From assembly GCA_964019425.1 (NCBI GenBank), contig OZ025796.1, positions 1,302,001-1,366,000 of the forward strand: a DNA stretch of 64,000 nucleotides, read 5' to 3'. The stretch comes from Flectonema sp. DT1601 (taxonomy: Eukaryota). This document shows positions 44,877-57,660 of this stretch, piece after piece (position 1 is the stretch's first letter; each line of letters opens with the position of its first letter). The translations under genes and the position numbers were made by a program. The notes beneath the pieces were generated by a model that saw only the letters and a list, made by a program, of their open reading frames with translations, had not been told where the DNA came from and made no database searches.

Positions 44877-47143
44877 ATGAGTGACGCATATCTGTCGGGT
44901 GACTCACATCGATCAAACAGATCAACAGAAGGGAAGTGGGCTGTTCAAACATATCAAAAAAAGAAAGAACAACGCGTTGGTGTCTACCACCACGACAGTG
45001 ATGGAGGTCGACGAGAACGTCGTGGAAACCAACAACCAATAAATTCAAGACTCGGATTGTTATTTATATTAATGGTGTGCGGTGTTGCAATGCATGTTCT
45101 GTATCAGAGGTATGTATTTATAAAAAAAAAAAAAAAATGTAATACTGAGTAATAATAATATCAAAACAGCACATCCCAACTTCCCATTCAACAACTGTCA
45201 GGAGGAGTTCAACAGAAACTCGCTGCCTGGATGCCAGGAGGTAGTTTTGGAGATGAAATAACAATACAACGTGATCCGAGAACTAAGACTTGGGGAATGT
45301 ACATCACTCCTTCACTAATGCTTCGACGAGTTGATGAAAAAGCCCCTGCGAGAACAGCAGGACTACTACGATTTGTTTCTCGTAAGATAACTCACGCTAA
45401 TGGAGTATCAGTACTGACTCACGATCAATTTAGAAGTGTAGAGTCACGTGTTGGGGACTCCATCACTCTTCGATTTGCTCCTTCTATGGTATGCAATATT
45501 CTTATATATAAACTACTTCTACAACTTCCATAACAAAACATGACCACTTCTACAACTTCCATAACAAAACATGACCACTAAAAACAATAAAACAGTTCGT
45601 AGTCGGAGCAACAGTCGTAGTAATCGAAAGAGTAATATTTGAAAGTGGAAAAGGAGTTGACGTTGGTATGACTGGGGTTGTTGTTAAGATTCCGGGTGAC
45701 ATAGATGGATCTGTAGCATCAGTAAGTACGGCTGGTATTGGTTTATGGGATGCTTTCCCAGGTCAAGTTGAACCAACAGAAGACGCTATAAAACTAACAC
45801 CAGGAATGGCTGTCAGAGCTCGTAAAATGATAATTTTTCAAAGTGGAAAACGAGTTCCACAAGGAGCTGTTGGTGTTGTGAACAAAGTACCAGGTGAGGT
45901 TATCGGATCTGTTGCTGAAGTAACTGTTGGAGGACTTAAATGGGACGCAACAGAAGGACAATTAGAAATCATCGGATCTCTAGCATCTGATAAAGAAACA
46001 CCTCAACCGCCAACTATCGCTACTGAAGAAGTTGCTCAACTGTTGGAGTCACTCGGACATCAACAATACCTTCCAAAGTTAATTCTTTATGGATTTGATA
46101 AACTTGATTTCTTATCACAATCTACTAAAAGAGATGGTGAAGCTCTCAATATCAAACCAATGCATTGGAAACGCATCGTCACAGAAGCCGGGAAACGAGT
46201 TCCCCTATCAGGACGTGGCCGTTCTGGTTTGGAACACCTCTGCAGCGATCTCGGTGAAAAGAAACTTTTACCAAAACTACTTAAGTACGGTCTTGACAGA
46301 CTTGATCAAGTAGCTCAGGCTCAGAATGTTGAAGGTATGGTTGCTTTGTTTTGTATACTCATCCCTCACAAACTACTATTTGCGAAATTAAAAAAAAAAA
46401 CTACCAAAACAGGTCAACATCTTGGACTGAAACCTGAAACCTGGAAGCGTGTTGTTGATGAAGCACGTAAAAGGGTAAACATGACCACCAATGCTATGGA
46501 ACAACCACAAACTAATACTCATCAAAGTCTGTATAGATTACTACAAGATGTTGGGTTAATAAAACATTATAAAAGATTAATTGTTTTTGGTTTAGACTCT
46601 GTTGAGAGGATGGCTAACTCACAAAACATAAGTTCAACAATAGAACTTCAGGGATGGGAATGGGACAGAATACGTACCGAAGCTAACAACAGATTGCAAG
46701 GTAAGGCTCCGACAATATTCGTTTCATCCGATCCTGAGGGTGAGAAAGAACAGGATCTCATTGAACATGAAACACTAGCTAAGAAATACGATCAAGAAGA
46801 TGTCGGAAAGGAAGAAAGAACTGAAGCACATTCTTCTACTGTTGACACAATCAGAGGAGGAGGTCAAACCGGAGGTGGTCTCTCTATCACAGATCGATTA
46901 GTTGGTGGTGCCGTAGCTAAGGAAGAAGAAGGTCGAGAGCGATTTAAAAATGTTATCCAACGACTTAGTAACTTACCACTTCAGGAGAGGACTGCGTTAC
47001 TTCAGCAGGTTTGTTAACCTTCTTTTTTTTTTTTTTTTTGAACTAAAATTTATACTGAAATCTTCGTTATGTTATGTCTTGGGGAAAAAAAAAAAAAAAC
47101 ACAACACACACACACACAGGCCGAAGGCAAATCAAAAGGATAA
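44877..47143 (+). CDS. Type II membrane protein: TM + PDZ + 2 SH3-like beta repeats + 3 SAM-like repeats; exons 44877-45109, 45170-45488, 45596-46334, 46413-47008, 47120-47143
   Basis: TM LGLLFILMVCGVAMHVLY; PDZ-like ITIQRDPRTKTWGMYIT..VDEKAPARTAGL..ITHANGV; SAM-like VAQLLESLGHQQYLPKLILYGFDKL..WKRI three times; four GT-AG introns give a continuous frame. Confidence 0.78.
45515..45576 (+). repeat. Perfect 31-nt tandem duplication inside an intron
   Basis: ACTTCTACAACTTCCATAACAAAACATGACC present twice. Confidence 0.95.
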
Positions 47144-47394
47144 GAACCGGCAGTGTGCCGTAGGCTGAAATTACACTTTATAACCAACAAAGAGCAAACA
47201 AAACTCTTGAAGAAGACACTCTCTTAATATTGCAGTTAGCCTGCCTGATAATAGGCTGATGACCGATGGTAAGTGCTACTCTCTCGTTGCACTACCTCGT
47301 GTAATAATTATTGTTTCAACGTCGCTGCTACTGATTTCCTTGGTTAGGGGGCTGAGGCAAGATTATGTCGGAAGTTACATAAAAAAAAAATAAA

Positions 47395-47426
<32 letters not shown>

Positions 47427-48931
47427 CAAACAAACAACTAGTCTGCCAGCCTTTACCTATAGAAAAAACAGTGGTTGTTTACGTTTTTAACAAACGACAA
47501 AGTTGAGCAATCTGGCGACATACATCAGTAGCTGCAAAAAAGCAAGTTATTGCTTACTTTTCCCCTTTTTATTTTATTTTTGTTTTTTTTTTAAAAAAAA
47601 AACATTGTTTAGTTTTATTTTATGTATTTATTGCTTTTTTTTTACTTATTACTCCACTTGGTTTTTCCAGTATTCTCTATTCTTTTTTTATTTATTCTTT
47701 TTTGCTAACACACGAACTTTTCAAACAAGAATGAAATTCCTGTTTTCTTCTTCTTCTTCTTATTTGAATGCTTGAAGAAAAAGAAACTCGTGTTTGGTAT
47801 TCAAAATTTCCCCTTTTTTTATTTTTCCTCTTCTTTTTCTGCAGCAATTAGAGAGACAGTCAGCTGAAGAGAGACTTCAATTCCAACCACAACTGACTTT
47901 GTCACTGAAGGTTTCTGGAGGCAGTGAGTTACGTGCTTCCTGTCTGGTTGATTTCCTTTTTGTAGTTTTTTGTTTAACTTTAGAGGGTAATCGATCTTTG
48001 GGGCACTCTCCTTCCCCTGATAATACACCCCCACCACTAATGATGTGGATTCCGTACTGCACTGAATGACAACAAAGCTAAGTTAGAAAACATTTATTAT
48101 AATGTAAAAGTTTTTACGTCAATTGCCTACACTAACATTGGTTATATTTATAATACAATAAAGTTGTATTTTTACGTACAAAAAATCGAACAGTTAATCC
48201 CCTACCAATCAGTGGTGTTTGGCCTTTGGAAGTAATACGTGAATTTCTATTCGTTAGGTTTGTTTACAGTGATATGTAAGTCTGGGAACAGACTCATTCC
48301 AGCCTTTCATTCAACGGTATCAGGATATTCAGATTCTCCATATGTGGAGACATAAACTGATTTGCGTTCACAATAAACGATCGCGTTGAGGTCCTAATGA
48401 TGGGGGTGGCCATTCTTATGGATCTCCCTTCTTTCTCACGCTGTGGTCGCTTTCAAAAAAGATGTTCACATGAATTCTTAGGCTTTTGGGAAAACAAAAA
48501 ATAATAATAATAAAAAAATGAGAGAATTTTTCAAATAAAAGAGAGAAAAAAAAAAAAAAAAATTAAACTAAAGTCTGATTGCGATTGCCATCAACTTTTA
48601 TTTTTTATTTTTTTCAAAAAGATGCAGTTCCTTCACAGTTAAGATTTCTGTGTCTCACAAAAACTGATTAAAAATATCTGCATCTGGACTTTGCTTGCTT
48701 TTCTTTTGAGACCCAACTGCTGAGGTCATACTTCTTTTCCGACTTCTTTTTGTTCGTTAGTTTACGTTTTGCGACACGATGCCGGGTAACAATAGGTGAT
48801 CTGACTTTTCTTTTATTAAATTCAACTTACTTACGTCTCTCTGCAGGTAGTACATGGTGGCTGTAAATTCTGTTTGTATTTAGTTGGTTGGTTTAAGTTG
48901 CTACGTATTCGACAGCCAAGAGGTTCATAAT

Positions 48932-51900
48932 ATGAATCCGCGGAAGCGACAGGCTGCATCAGCCACGTCCTTCCGTATCGTACCTCCAACTCCACCAACT
49001 AACCCTGCTACTCAACATGTTCAACCACAACCTGTGCAGTCATCATGCACCACTTTAGGACGTCTTGTTTTGATTTGTGTTATTATTGTTAGTACGGTTC
49101 TCGCTATTAGGTTTGTTGTATTCTTTTTATATACATACAGTGATCTTCTTCTTTACAAACAAGTCTTATATATTAAACTCAAAAACTCAAAAACAGCGGA
49201 TATCTAGAAACCGGATCTCAAAAGCCTTCACTCGACTCAACCATAACACTGAAGAGATCTTCTCCAGTGGAATCGTTCGGTGCGAAGTTCAGGTGTGTGA
49301 AGACGTTGAATTGGTTTTAATTAGCGTTGAACTAAGTAATTAATAAAATAAATAAAAAACAGTAACCAACTACAACTAACAAGGGTAGAACCATACAGCA
49401 TAGCTCAAGAAGAAGGGATGACAAAGTTTGTTGGAAAGGTGCTAAGCCGCGTTAACGGAGTTGCGATATCAACTTATGAGGAGTTGTTAGACTCCATGCA
49501 GAATGTAAACAGTGTGCAGTTTCAATTTAGTAAGGAAACAGATCCACACAAAGCCACTGCTGCAGTTAAGGTAACAGAACCCCCCATGACATTTGTAATT
49601 GGACAGGCTGTTCGATTCTCTAAGTCAGTCTTTGCAAGTGGAAGACAGATCTCCTCTGGTTCTAAGGGAATTATTATGACTCTTCCTGATGAGAACGAAG
49701 ACTTCGTCGCTGAGGTTGAAATCAATGGCATCCGCTACGATGCCAAAGCCGGAGAAATTGAAGACATTGTCGAACGCGACTCGGAACCGAACTTGTACCC
49801 AAAAGAAATATTTTTCCGATCGAGTATAATTTCACTTGATTTTAAGATAACGGCACGCCGTTGGAGTCTATCGCCTACCTGGGAGGAGTCTAACGGAATG
49901 GTTTTGTATACCAATAAAAATGGACGTTGGATGGTTGGACACGGCATAACCAGCATGAAGAATAACAGAGGCTCCATTAGATCAAAGTATAAACATAATG
50001 GAACAATGCCACACTTTATTTCTGATTGGGATATTCTCTCAAAGGAGAGTAAACGATGGCAAGCATTTCCAGACCTGATTGCTACGGCTCCAGGGGAACC
50101 GGTGAAGGCTACTGTAGTCAATTCTGCTACTTCTGAGAGTAAGCCTGTTGATAATTTATCTTCCAATCCACCAGTTTCAGTACCAGTCACTTCTTTAGTG
50201 GTATCCAGTGAGAGTAATGTTGTTATCCCTACAACAGTAATACCGGTTAGTTATCAGTCGACTGCGGCTCCTGTTGTTGATGTTGTTCGGGTCGCTGTGC
50301 CGTCGTCAACAGAAATTGGTAAAGTGGAATCATCGCAGTCGGATACAAATAATAAAATTATGAGAGAGGATGAGGAAATTGATTTTGATAAAATAAAAGT
50401 GAGTGAGGAAAAACCGGTGAAGCAGCTTCCTCCGCCGCCACCACCACCACCACCACCACCACCACCGCCGCCACCGCCGCCTGATACTCCGAAGCCGCCT
50501 CCGCCTCCTCCGCCACCACCTCCAGCAACACCGATCCCAACGGAGTCCAAGATTGCGGTCGTCACGAATTGTAAGTCCGAAGTATCGCCTCGTATTGTCT
50601 TTGAATGGCCGAGTGGTACTTCTATATTTGAAATCCGTGAAAAGGACTGGAACAGAATGCCCATCTGGAAAGATCAACACGGGAATTGTTTATTCTCAAC
50701 CAACGGAGGCAGGTGGATGATTGGACCTTCTGACGGCCCTTCCAACAACAGAGGTACTCTCTTAGCTAATAAGAATCACGAAGGTCAGATGCCGTATGCG
50801 AGTGAGGAATGGAAATATCAAGAATCGGGAGGTTGGAGTCTCGTAAAGGTTACGATGGATTGCAAATCTCAAATAATTGGAACTCCACATTCAGGTTCTG
50901 GTCCTCCACCATTCATTGTCATCACCCACTCTCGTTTTGCGGGAAGTTTTAAACTTATATCACAGAAGTGGGCAGGTAGATCAACGTGGGCTGATGAACA
51001 CGGTGCTAAGTTATTTATTAATAATGGTGGGTATTGGATGGTTGGTATACCAGAGGAGAACAAAGGTTTCTTAAAATCTAAAACCATAAACCAGGCAGTT
51101 CTTCCACACCTAACAAAAGAGTGGGAGATTCAAAACAAAGGATGGAATCCGTTTGATGGAATAATTGAAGGGTTGGATTCTCTTACTCCTTCCTCTTCTC
51201 AAAGTAGCAGTACACACACTCGTGGAAGGGGAGGAGGAAGGAGTCGAGGTGGGTCCTCTATCACCGCCGCTGCTACTTTACCACCTGCGAGTCCTTCATC
51301 GAAGTCTTCAGGAGGTATAAAACCTTTACAGAAATTGAATCGCGCAACACGTGATCCCAGTCTCCCTCATGTTCAGTTGGTCATTGCTGATCTACCTCAC
51401 ACTACCGATACCTGGCAATGCACCTTCGGATCGATATTCGGAACTGCACTTCAAAATAGACATGACACTGCTAACCTTGAAAAGATAAGCCTGACTGTCA
51501 ATACTGACATTAACACACCAGTTGACCTCGATGGGAAGGTTGTTAAAATTGCGATGTTTCGCGAGCCTATTACTCGAATGGTTGCTGCCATCAGTACTGG
51601 TGCTGCTCACTGTGAAGGTTTGTAGTTTGTGGTAATGTGTTGCTTATCATTTCTTTTTTATATAAAATAATTAACAACAACTACCTAGGTATTGAGAAGC
51701 TTACTCCTAAGAGTTTTGTTCGACTGAGTGCAGCTCAACGATCTAAGTGTATTGGACTTGATAGCAATGCCTATGTTAAACATCTGTCTGGTACGAGTGA
51801 AACAGTTACAAAGGAAGATCTCGATAGGGCGAAGGAGGTTCTTTCAAAACTTGATTTTGTTTTCGTTTTGGAGTATCTTGACCAGAGTTTTTTTCAATTG

Positions 51901-52441
51901 TATGTAACAATATCATGTTGAGTTTTCTATAAAAAAAAAAAAAAGAAAAAATTCACAACACAGAAACCAAGCTCTCGGATTAGGCCTAACTGGATATACA
52001 CAATGCTGGCCTAAAGAGCTCTTACGACCGGAACCCGAGGTATGTCGCACTTTTCTATAAAATAAAATAATAAAGTGAAGTAGGTAGTCATAACCTTTAC
52101 AAAATAAAATACAGCTTCAGGATATCTCTTCAGAAGAAAATGAGTTCGACAACGCTCTCATGGACTACGCTAAGTCTTTATTTAACGACAAGTATAGGGA
52201 GGTTTCCGACGGTTATGGAAAATCTAGTTGTCAACCCGATGGAAAAAAGTGTTGGGATAGAACCGATCCAGATGTATGAAATTTTCTTTTTTTTCCCCTC
52301 TTCTTTCAATTTTATAATAGTTTGTTATCAAAAGTAAATTAAATAAAACAGTTGAAGGTCCGCTTTAATGAAATTCACCTCCTCCCAAATGCTAATTCGG
52401 GTAAGATTATGTGCGGCATAAAGTGTACATTCAAAGCTTAA
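48932..52441 (+). CDS. Type II membrane mosaic protein: TM + PDZ + SH3-like + 3 Trp-rich repeats + poly-Pro + degenerate sulfotransferase-like domain; exons 48932-49110, 49197-49292, 49363-51617, 51689-51899, 51964-52039, 52115-52273, 52352-52441
   Basis: TM LVLICVIIVSTVLAI; PDZ-like ITLKRSSPVESFGAKF..VLSRVNGVAI; repeats W..xGxxL(F/Y)xxxxGxWM(V/I)G..(R/K)GxL; sulfotransferase-like MFREPITRMVA, AKEVLSKLDFVFVLEYLDQS, NEFDNALMDYAKSLF. Last intron uncertain (unspliced stop at 52279). Confidence 0.75.
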
Positions 52442-53383
52442 TTTCACGTTGTTTTCATGTGGACAAGTCTTTGACGAGGTACAACAAAAGAAAGAAAAAA
52501 AAAAAAAAAAAAAAAGAAACATTTTCAGTTTTGTTCTTTACACTTTCTGGTACCTATTGCATAGTACACACCAATAATAACACATTACACGTGCGGCCGA
52601 TGGACGCGGGTGGTGGAGTTTTTATTTTTAATTTTTATTTTTTAAAAAAATTAAAATAATTCTTGTCAGGAATTTGTAATTTTTTTATCCCCCTGGTAGT
52701 GAATATTTTAAAAAATTAATAGAAACAAGTGAAAAAAGTCATTTTTTTTCACTCAGAGTTTGTTAGCCTAGTCCTAGTCATGAGATCTTTATTTGAGTTG
52801 CATACGGGTGTGTCCCTTCAGAGATTTTTTATATCTTTCCTTTTCTACTGAAAATAGTATGGTGAGAAGAATGGCCCGACAACTTCCATAAGGCAATCAG
52901 TGGAAGACACAGTCAGTCATGGCCAGTTCCGCCTGCGCAATCAGTACAAAAAGAGAAAGAAAAAAAAATAAAGAAAAAATCAAAAAAAGATAGATTTTTT
53001 ATTTTTTTATTTTCTTCGCCCGTTCGATATCGGTTCCCTATTCCCTTGGCAACTATTCATCAGGTCTTGCTTTGCTTTTTTTTCAGTTGAGATTTCGTTT
53101 CGTACATTAATGTAAACCGTTCCCGCTCAAGATGAAGCGAACGGGTACCGATTCACTTTATGTTTTTAAAAAAAAAAAAAAAAAAAACTTTTTTTTTTAT
53201 TCATTTCATCATTCACAGTCACAGACTGAAATGAAGACGGGAATCTATCTTTTTATAGCACCCCTGCAACAGGCTACATGTTCACCTAAGTTAACTGTTT
53301 AGTTATAAATAATTTATTCTCTCAAAAGCAGTGGCCTAACCACCCATACATCTTAAGCAGTATATATATCCGCCCCCCTTAAA

Positions 53384-54905
53384 ATGGGGGATATGATGGA
53401 GGAGCTGAAGGCCCTGAGAAGGAGCAAGGTATCTATTAGATTCCTTATCTTAAATAAAGTAATGTCATAACATCTACTTACATAACAAACAATCAATAAC
53501 AGGAACAAGCTAGCGCGGCAAAGGCAGTCGCGCAGGATCTTCGATGGCAGGAAGTTCACAACAGTCACGGCGGTGATGAACGCACTTCCGATTTCACACA
53601 CAACCCCCTTAAAGTTCCAGCAACAATTTCAGGATGCCTACAGGTATTGTTAACTTATTTGTATTATTAATTTATTTATATATTTCTATAATAACCCAAC
53701 CAATAAAGGTATCCGTCAACGATGGTGACTGGCATTCTATGATAGTTGAAATGAGAGGTCCATTCTTAATATGGTACGAGAAAGGAGTGAATCCGGAAGA
53801 AGATCCCCAACAAGTATCAAAGCAAAGTGTGATAGGTTACGACATCATTGAGGATGAGAGAGGAATAATAAAAATTCAATTCGACTCTCACAAATCTGTG
53901 AAACTAGACACCGAAGGAAATACACAAACATTTCCAACAAGTAAAGACTGGGCGACTACTATTCGAAAAGCTGCCAGACAAGATGCAAAGAGAAGTGGTC
54001 AAGCACAAGACTCAGCCTATCAGAATCACGAAGAGCGGTATTCAATAAATGATATTTCTTTAATGGAATTAATTGGTAAAGGAACTTACGGTGAAGTTTG
54101 GAAAGCAACCCTCACAAGCAATGGTACCACTAGCCTCTCAGCTGTAAAGATAAGCCATCAACAACAAGAAAGAACTGTAGAGCAATCTCTTTTAATGAAA
54201 ATGGATTGTCCGTACGTCGTCCGCGCTGATGGTGTGTTCACACATGAGGGTCGTAGTTATATTGTAATGCCGTTATTAGAAGGAGGTGACTTAGATCTTC
54301 ACCTCGACTTGACTCCTCACGGTTATTTCACTGCCGATCGTTCTCGCTTCCACGCCGCCGAAATTCTTTGCGCTTTAGACTACCTTCATTCAAAGGGAGT
54401 CGTATACAGGGATTTAAAACCAGAAAATGTTGTTCTTGACGTCAAAGGGCATACCGTCCTCACAGATATGGGACACGCGAGGTCTCTCTCTAACACAGCT
54501 CGGGCAGAAACCTTTTGTGGAACTGCCGAGTACTTGGCGCCTGAGATTCTTAGTTGTGACGGACATAATCACGCAGTTGATCATTGGGCTCTCGGAGTGT
54601 TGATGTTTGAAATGATAACTGGATCTCTTCCTTTTACTGGAAGTGGTCATGAGGGTGATTTATATGAAAAAATATTAACAACTCAGCCTGAATTCCCTGC
54701 CTATGCTGATCCAGATGCTCATAATTTGATTCTTTCATTATTGGAGAAGGATCCGAAGAGGCGATTAAAATCACCATCGATAAAGGAACACCCCTTCTTC
54801 GCCTCTCTTAACTTCGCCTCAATTCTTGACATGACTCATCCCCCGCCATTCGTTCCAGACGTCGAATTAGTTCGTACGATGATGAGAAGAAAACTAAAGG
54901 ATTGA
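53384..54905 (+). CDS. PH-domain AGC-family Ser/Thr kinase (Akt/PKB-like architecture), 460 aa; exons 53384-53428, 53503-53643, 53709-54905
   Basis: IGKGTYGEV, AVK, YRDLKPEN, DMG, TFCGTAEYLAPE, DHWALG, PPPFVP; PH-like N-terminal region ending DWATTIRKA. Confidence 0.9.
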
Positions 54906-55598
54906 CCAACTGAAGTAGTAATGAGGTGGTTTCTTCAACCCGGGATGGGTTTTAATAATACGAAGTTATGCACGGAAGAAGAAATAATTTTTTTTTTTTT
55001 TTTTTTTTTTTGCACCCTTTTTTTTTCGTTTCTGCTTTATTTGTATTACTTCTTTATATTGACAATGAAGTAAAGGTTCTCCTCCATGGAGAACACCTGA
55101 GGATGATGAGCCCTTTTGAAGGCTAAATTCATCTTACAAAGACTCCGACGCTATCCTTTTGTAGTGAACACAGCAGCCAAAGCATCCATGGCAGCCTTTT
55201 TGTCGATTTTTTCCCATCCTGTTTTCCCCCTCTTCCTTTTCGTTTTCTCTTTCCACAAAGGTTTTTTTTTTTTTTTTTTTACATATTTTTTTTATTTCCC
55301 CTTTTCTTCCTCATTTTTTTTCCGGTGTAAAAAAAAGCAACAACAACGGCAGAAGAAGAAAAAAAAATAAGAGAGAGAGAGATTCTCTTGTAGAGTTTTT
55401 CTTGTAAAAAGATATCAACAGAAACCCTTGTTACCAGATGGGACGATGTTACGAAATTATCTTTTCGAATGTGCTTAGAGAAGATTAAGAGACTTCCTAG
55501 GTGCCAATCTCACTGCCCTTGGGATGAGGGGAGGGGGGGGGAATGTGTTCTCTATTTAATTAATCGACAAAGTGTGTGAGTCACCACAAGATAACTAC

Positions 55599-55629
<31 letters not shown>

Positions 55630-57660
55630 TAACGCTTTTTGTAGTTCTTCAGATAAATTGATGTTACAGCCTGCAGAACTTCGCGGAATTTTAGTACTGC
55701 GACGTGTAGTAAAATGTAAAATAATTTTTTTTTCTTTTTCTTTTTTCTTTTTTTTATTTTTTATTTTTTTAAATATTGTGCGGCAACGTAGCAGAAAGAA
55801 GCCATCCTGGTTTATTATTCCTATCGTCTTTGAGTTTGCCGCTTGGGTTTATTATTTTTTTTTTTAAAATCTTTTTTCTTCGTGTTTACGTTGTTTTCAT
55901 ATTGAGTGGCCTATTTCTTCTAGGGAGGGAGAAAAACAAAACAAAACACACGAAGTATTAACATGTGTTTTGTTTTTCCTTACTTAGTTTTCTAGTCTGT
56001 AGTGTTTTCCACGGACTCCCACATACAAAAGTCATTCTTTGTTTATGGGAGAGAGGATCATGATAATATGAAAGCTATGGGAAGCAAGCAGGTTGATTTA
56101 GAAATAATGAAATCGACCAGAATACATGAATGTGGTGTCCCCTACTTCACATTCTTTTTCACAAACGTGTCCTACAACTGAATTAGTACGTATTTTTGCG
56201 ATTACAACAACTCTTTACTTTATTTATTTTTTTTTTTTTTTGAAATATTTTTAATATCTCCTTTTTATTTTTTATTCTTCTTCTTCTTCCAGTTTTTTTT
56301 TTTTTCTTTCTTTTTTTTTTTTTTTTTTTTAAAAAAGTACAGCAATCCCTTGTTGCTGCATCAGAATTTTTAAAAAAAAAAAAAAAAAAGAAAAAGAAAG
56401 GGAAAAAAAAAAAAAAAAAAAGTTCAGGGGCAACCAGTAATAATCCTTAATATCTTTGTAAGAAACTAATTTGAAAAAAAAAAACAAAAAAAAAAGTATC
56501 TGGATTGACGAATTGGTGTCACAAAATTTATTTTATTTATTTATTTCTGATTTGCTTTTTGTTTTATTTCTGGTGTCTTTTGGGGATGACCTTTTTTTTT
56601 TTTTTTTTTTTAAAATCGTGTTTTTTTGGTAAGCCGTTACTTGGTTATAAGTTATCTCGCCTCCCATTTGGGACGAAACCGGATCAGTACCATTTGTTAC
56701 GTGATAAAGAAGGAATTTTAATAATATTCTTCCAAAGTGATAAATTCGTAAAAAAAAAAAAAAAAAAAACTCAAAAGCAAGGGAGAAAAAAAAAATTGCA
56801 TCCACACAATTGAAAGAAAAAAACGGAGAAAACAAAGGAATATTCGAGACAAACAGCAGTTCGTCTCTGCCTTCCCCCAGGCACCTTTAGTTCCCCCCCC
56901 ACGAATTATCGAAGGCGGGAAAAAAAAAGAAGAAAAAACAAAAAAAAAACTAATAGTACGTGCAGTGAACAATAATGGTCGCAGTAGTGATTTTTTGTTC
57001 ACAAAAAACAGAGATGAGACCCAGATCCTAAAAAACCCACACTCAAAAAAAAAAAAAAAATAATAAAACTTCAAACAACAATATTTTATAAAATTCTGAA
57101 AAGTTGGACAGCTTTGTCCTGTGACGGAACGAAAAAAAGAAAAAAACTAAATAAGAGAACAAAAAAAAAAATACAAAAAATTCGAAAATTAAAAAAACAA
57201 AAACAAAAACTTTTTTTTTTTTCTTGGGGAAGACGGCTTAATCCAAAAAACGAAACAAAAAAAAAAAAAATTACAACAACACTGAATACAACAGAGCCTA
57301 AGGACAATTTTTTTTTTTTAAAAAAAAAAAAAATCGAAATTAACGATGATATGATATTAGTACATATGGAATAATCCTCAGAAAAAAATAAAAAGAAAAA
57401 AAAAACAAAAAAAAAAGCAAAAAAAAACCGCAAAAAAAAAAAATCCTTCTTTCGCGTAGGTTACTTAAAAAAAAAAATAAAAAAAAAAACATCTCCAATG
57501 ACATACTTTATTTTTATTATTAACAAGTATTGCTAGTAGAATCAAGATATGTTACCATCGAGAGAAGTACCACTGCAACAGACAAACTTGATGTGGATTG
57601 GTCGCTGATTTCCTTTTCTAAATATCGACTATTACTTACTTTAAAAGATTACAACAAAAG

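Noticed and set aside
50429..50523. CCA/CCG-rich repeat and Gly-, Trp- or Val-rich antisense ORFs
   Set aside because: Simply the poly-proline linker of the + strand gene.
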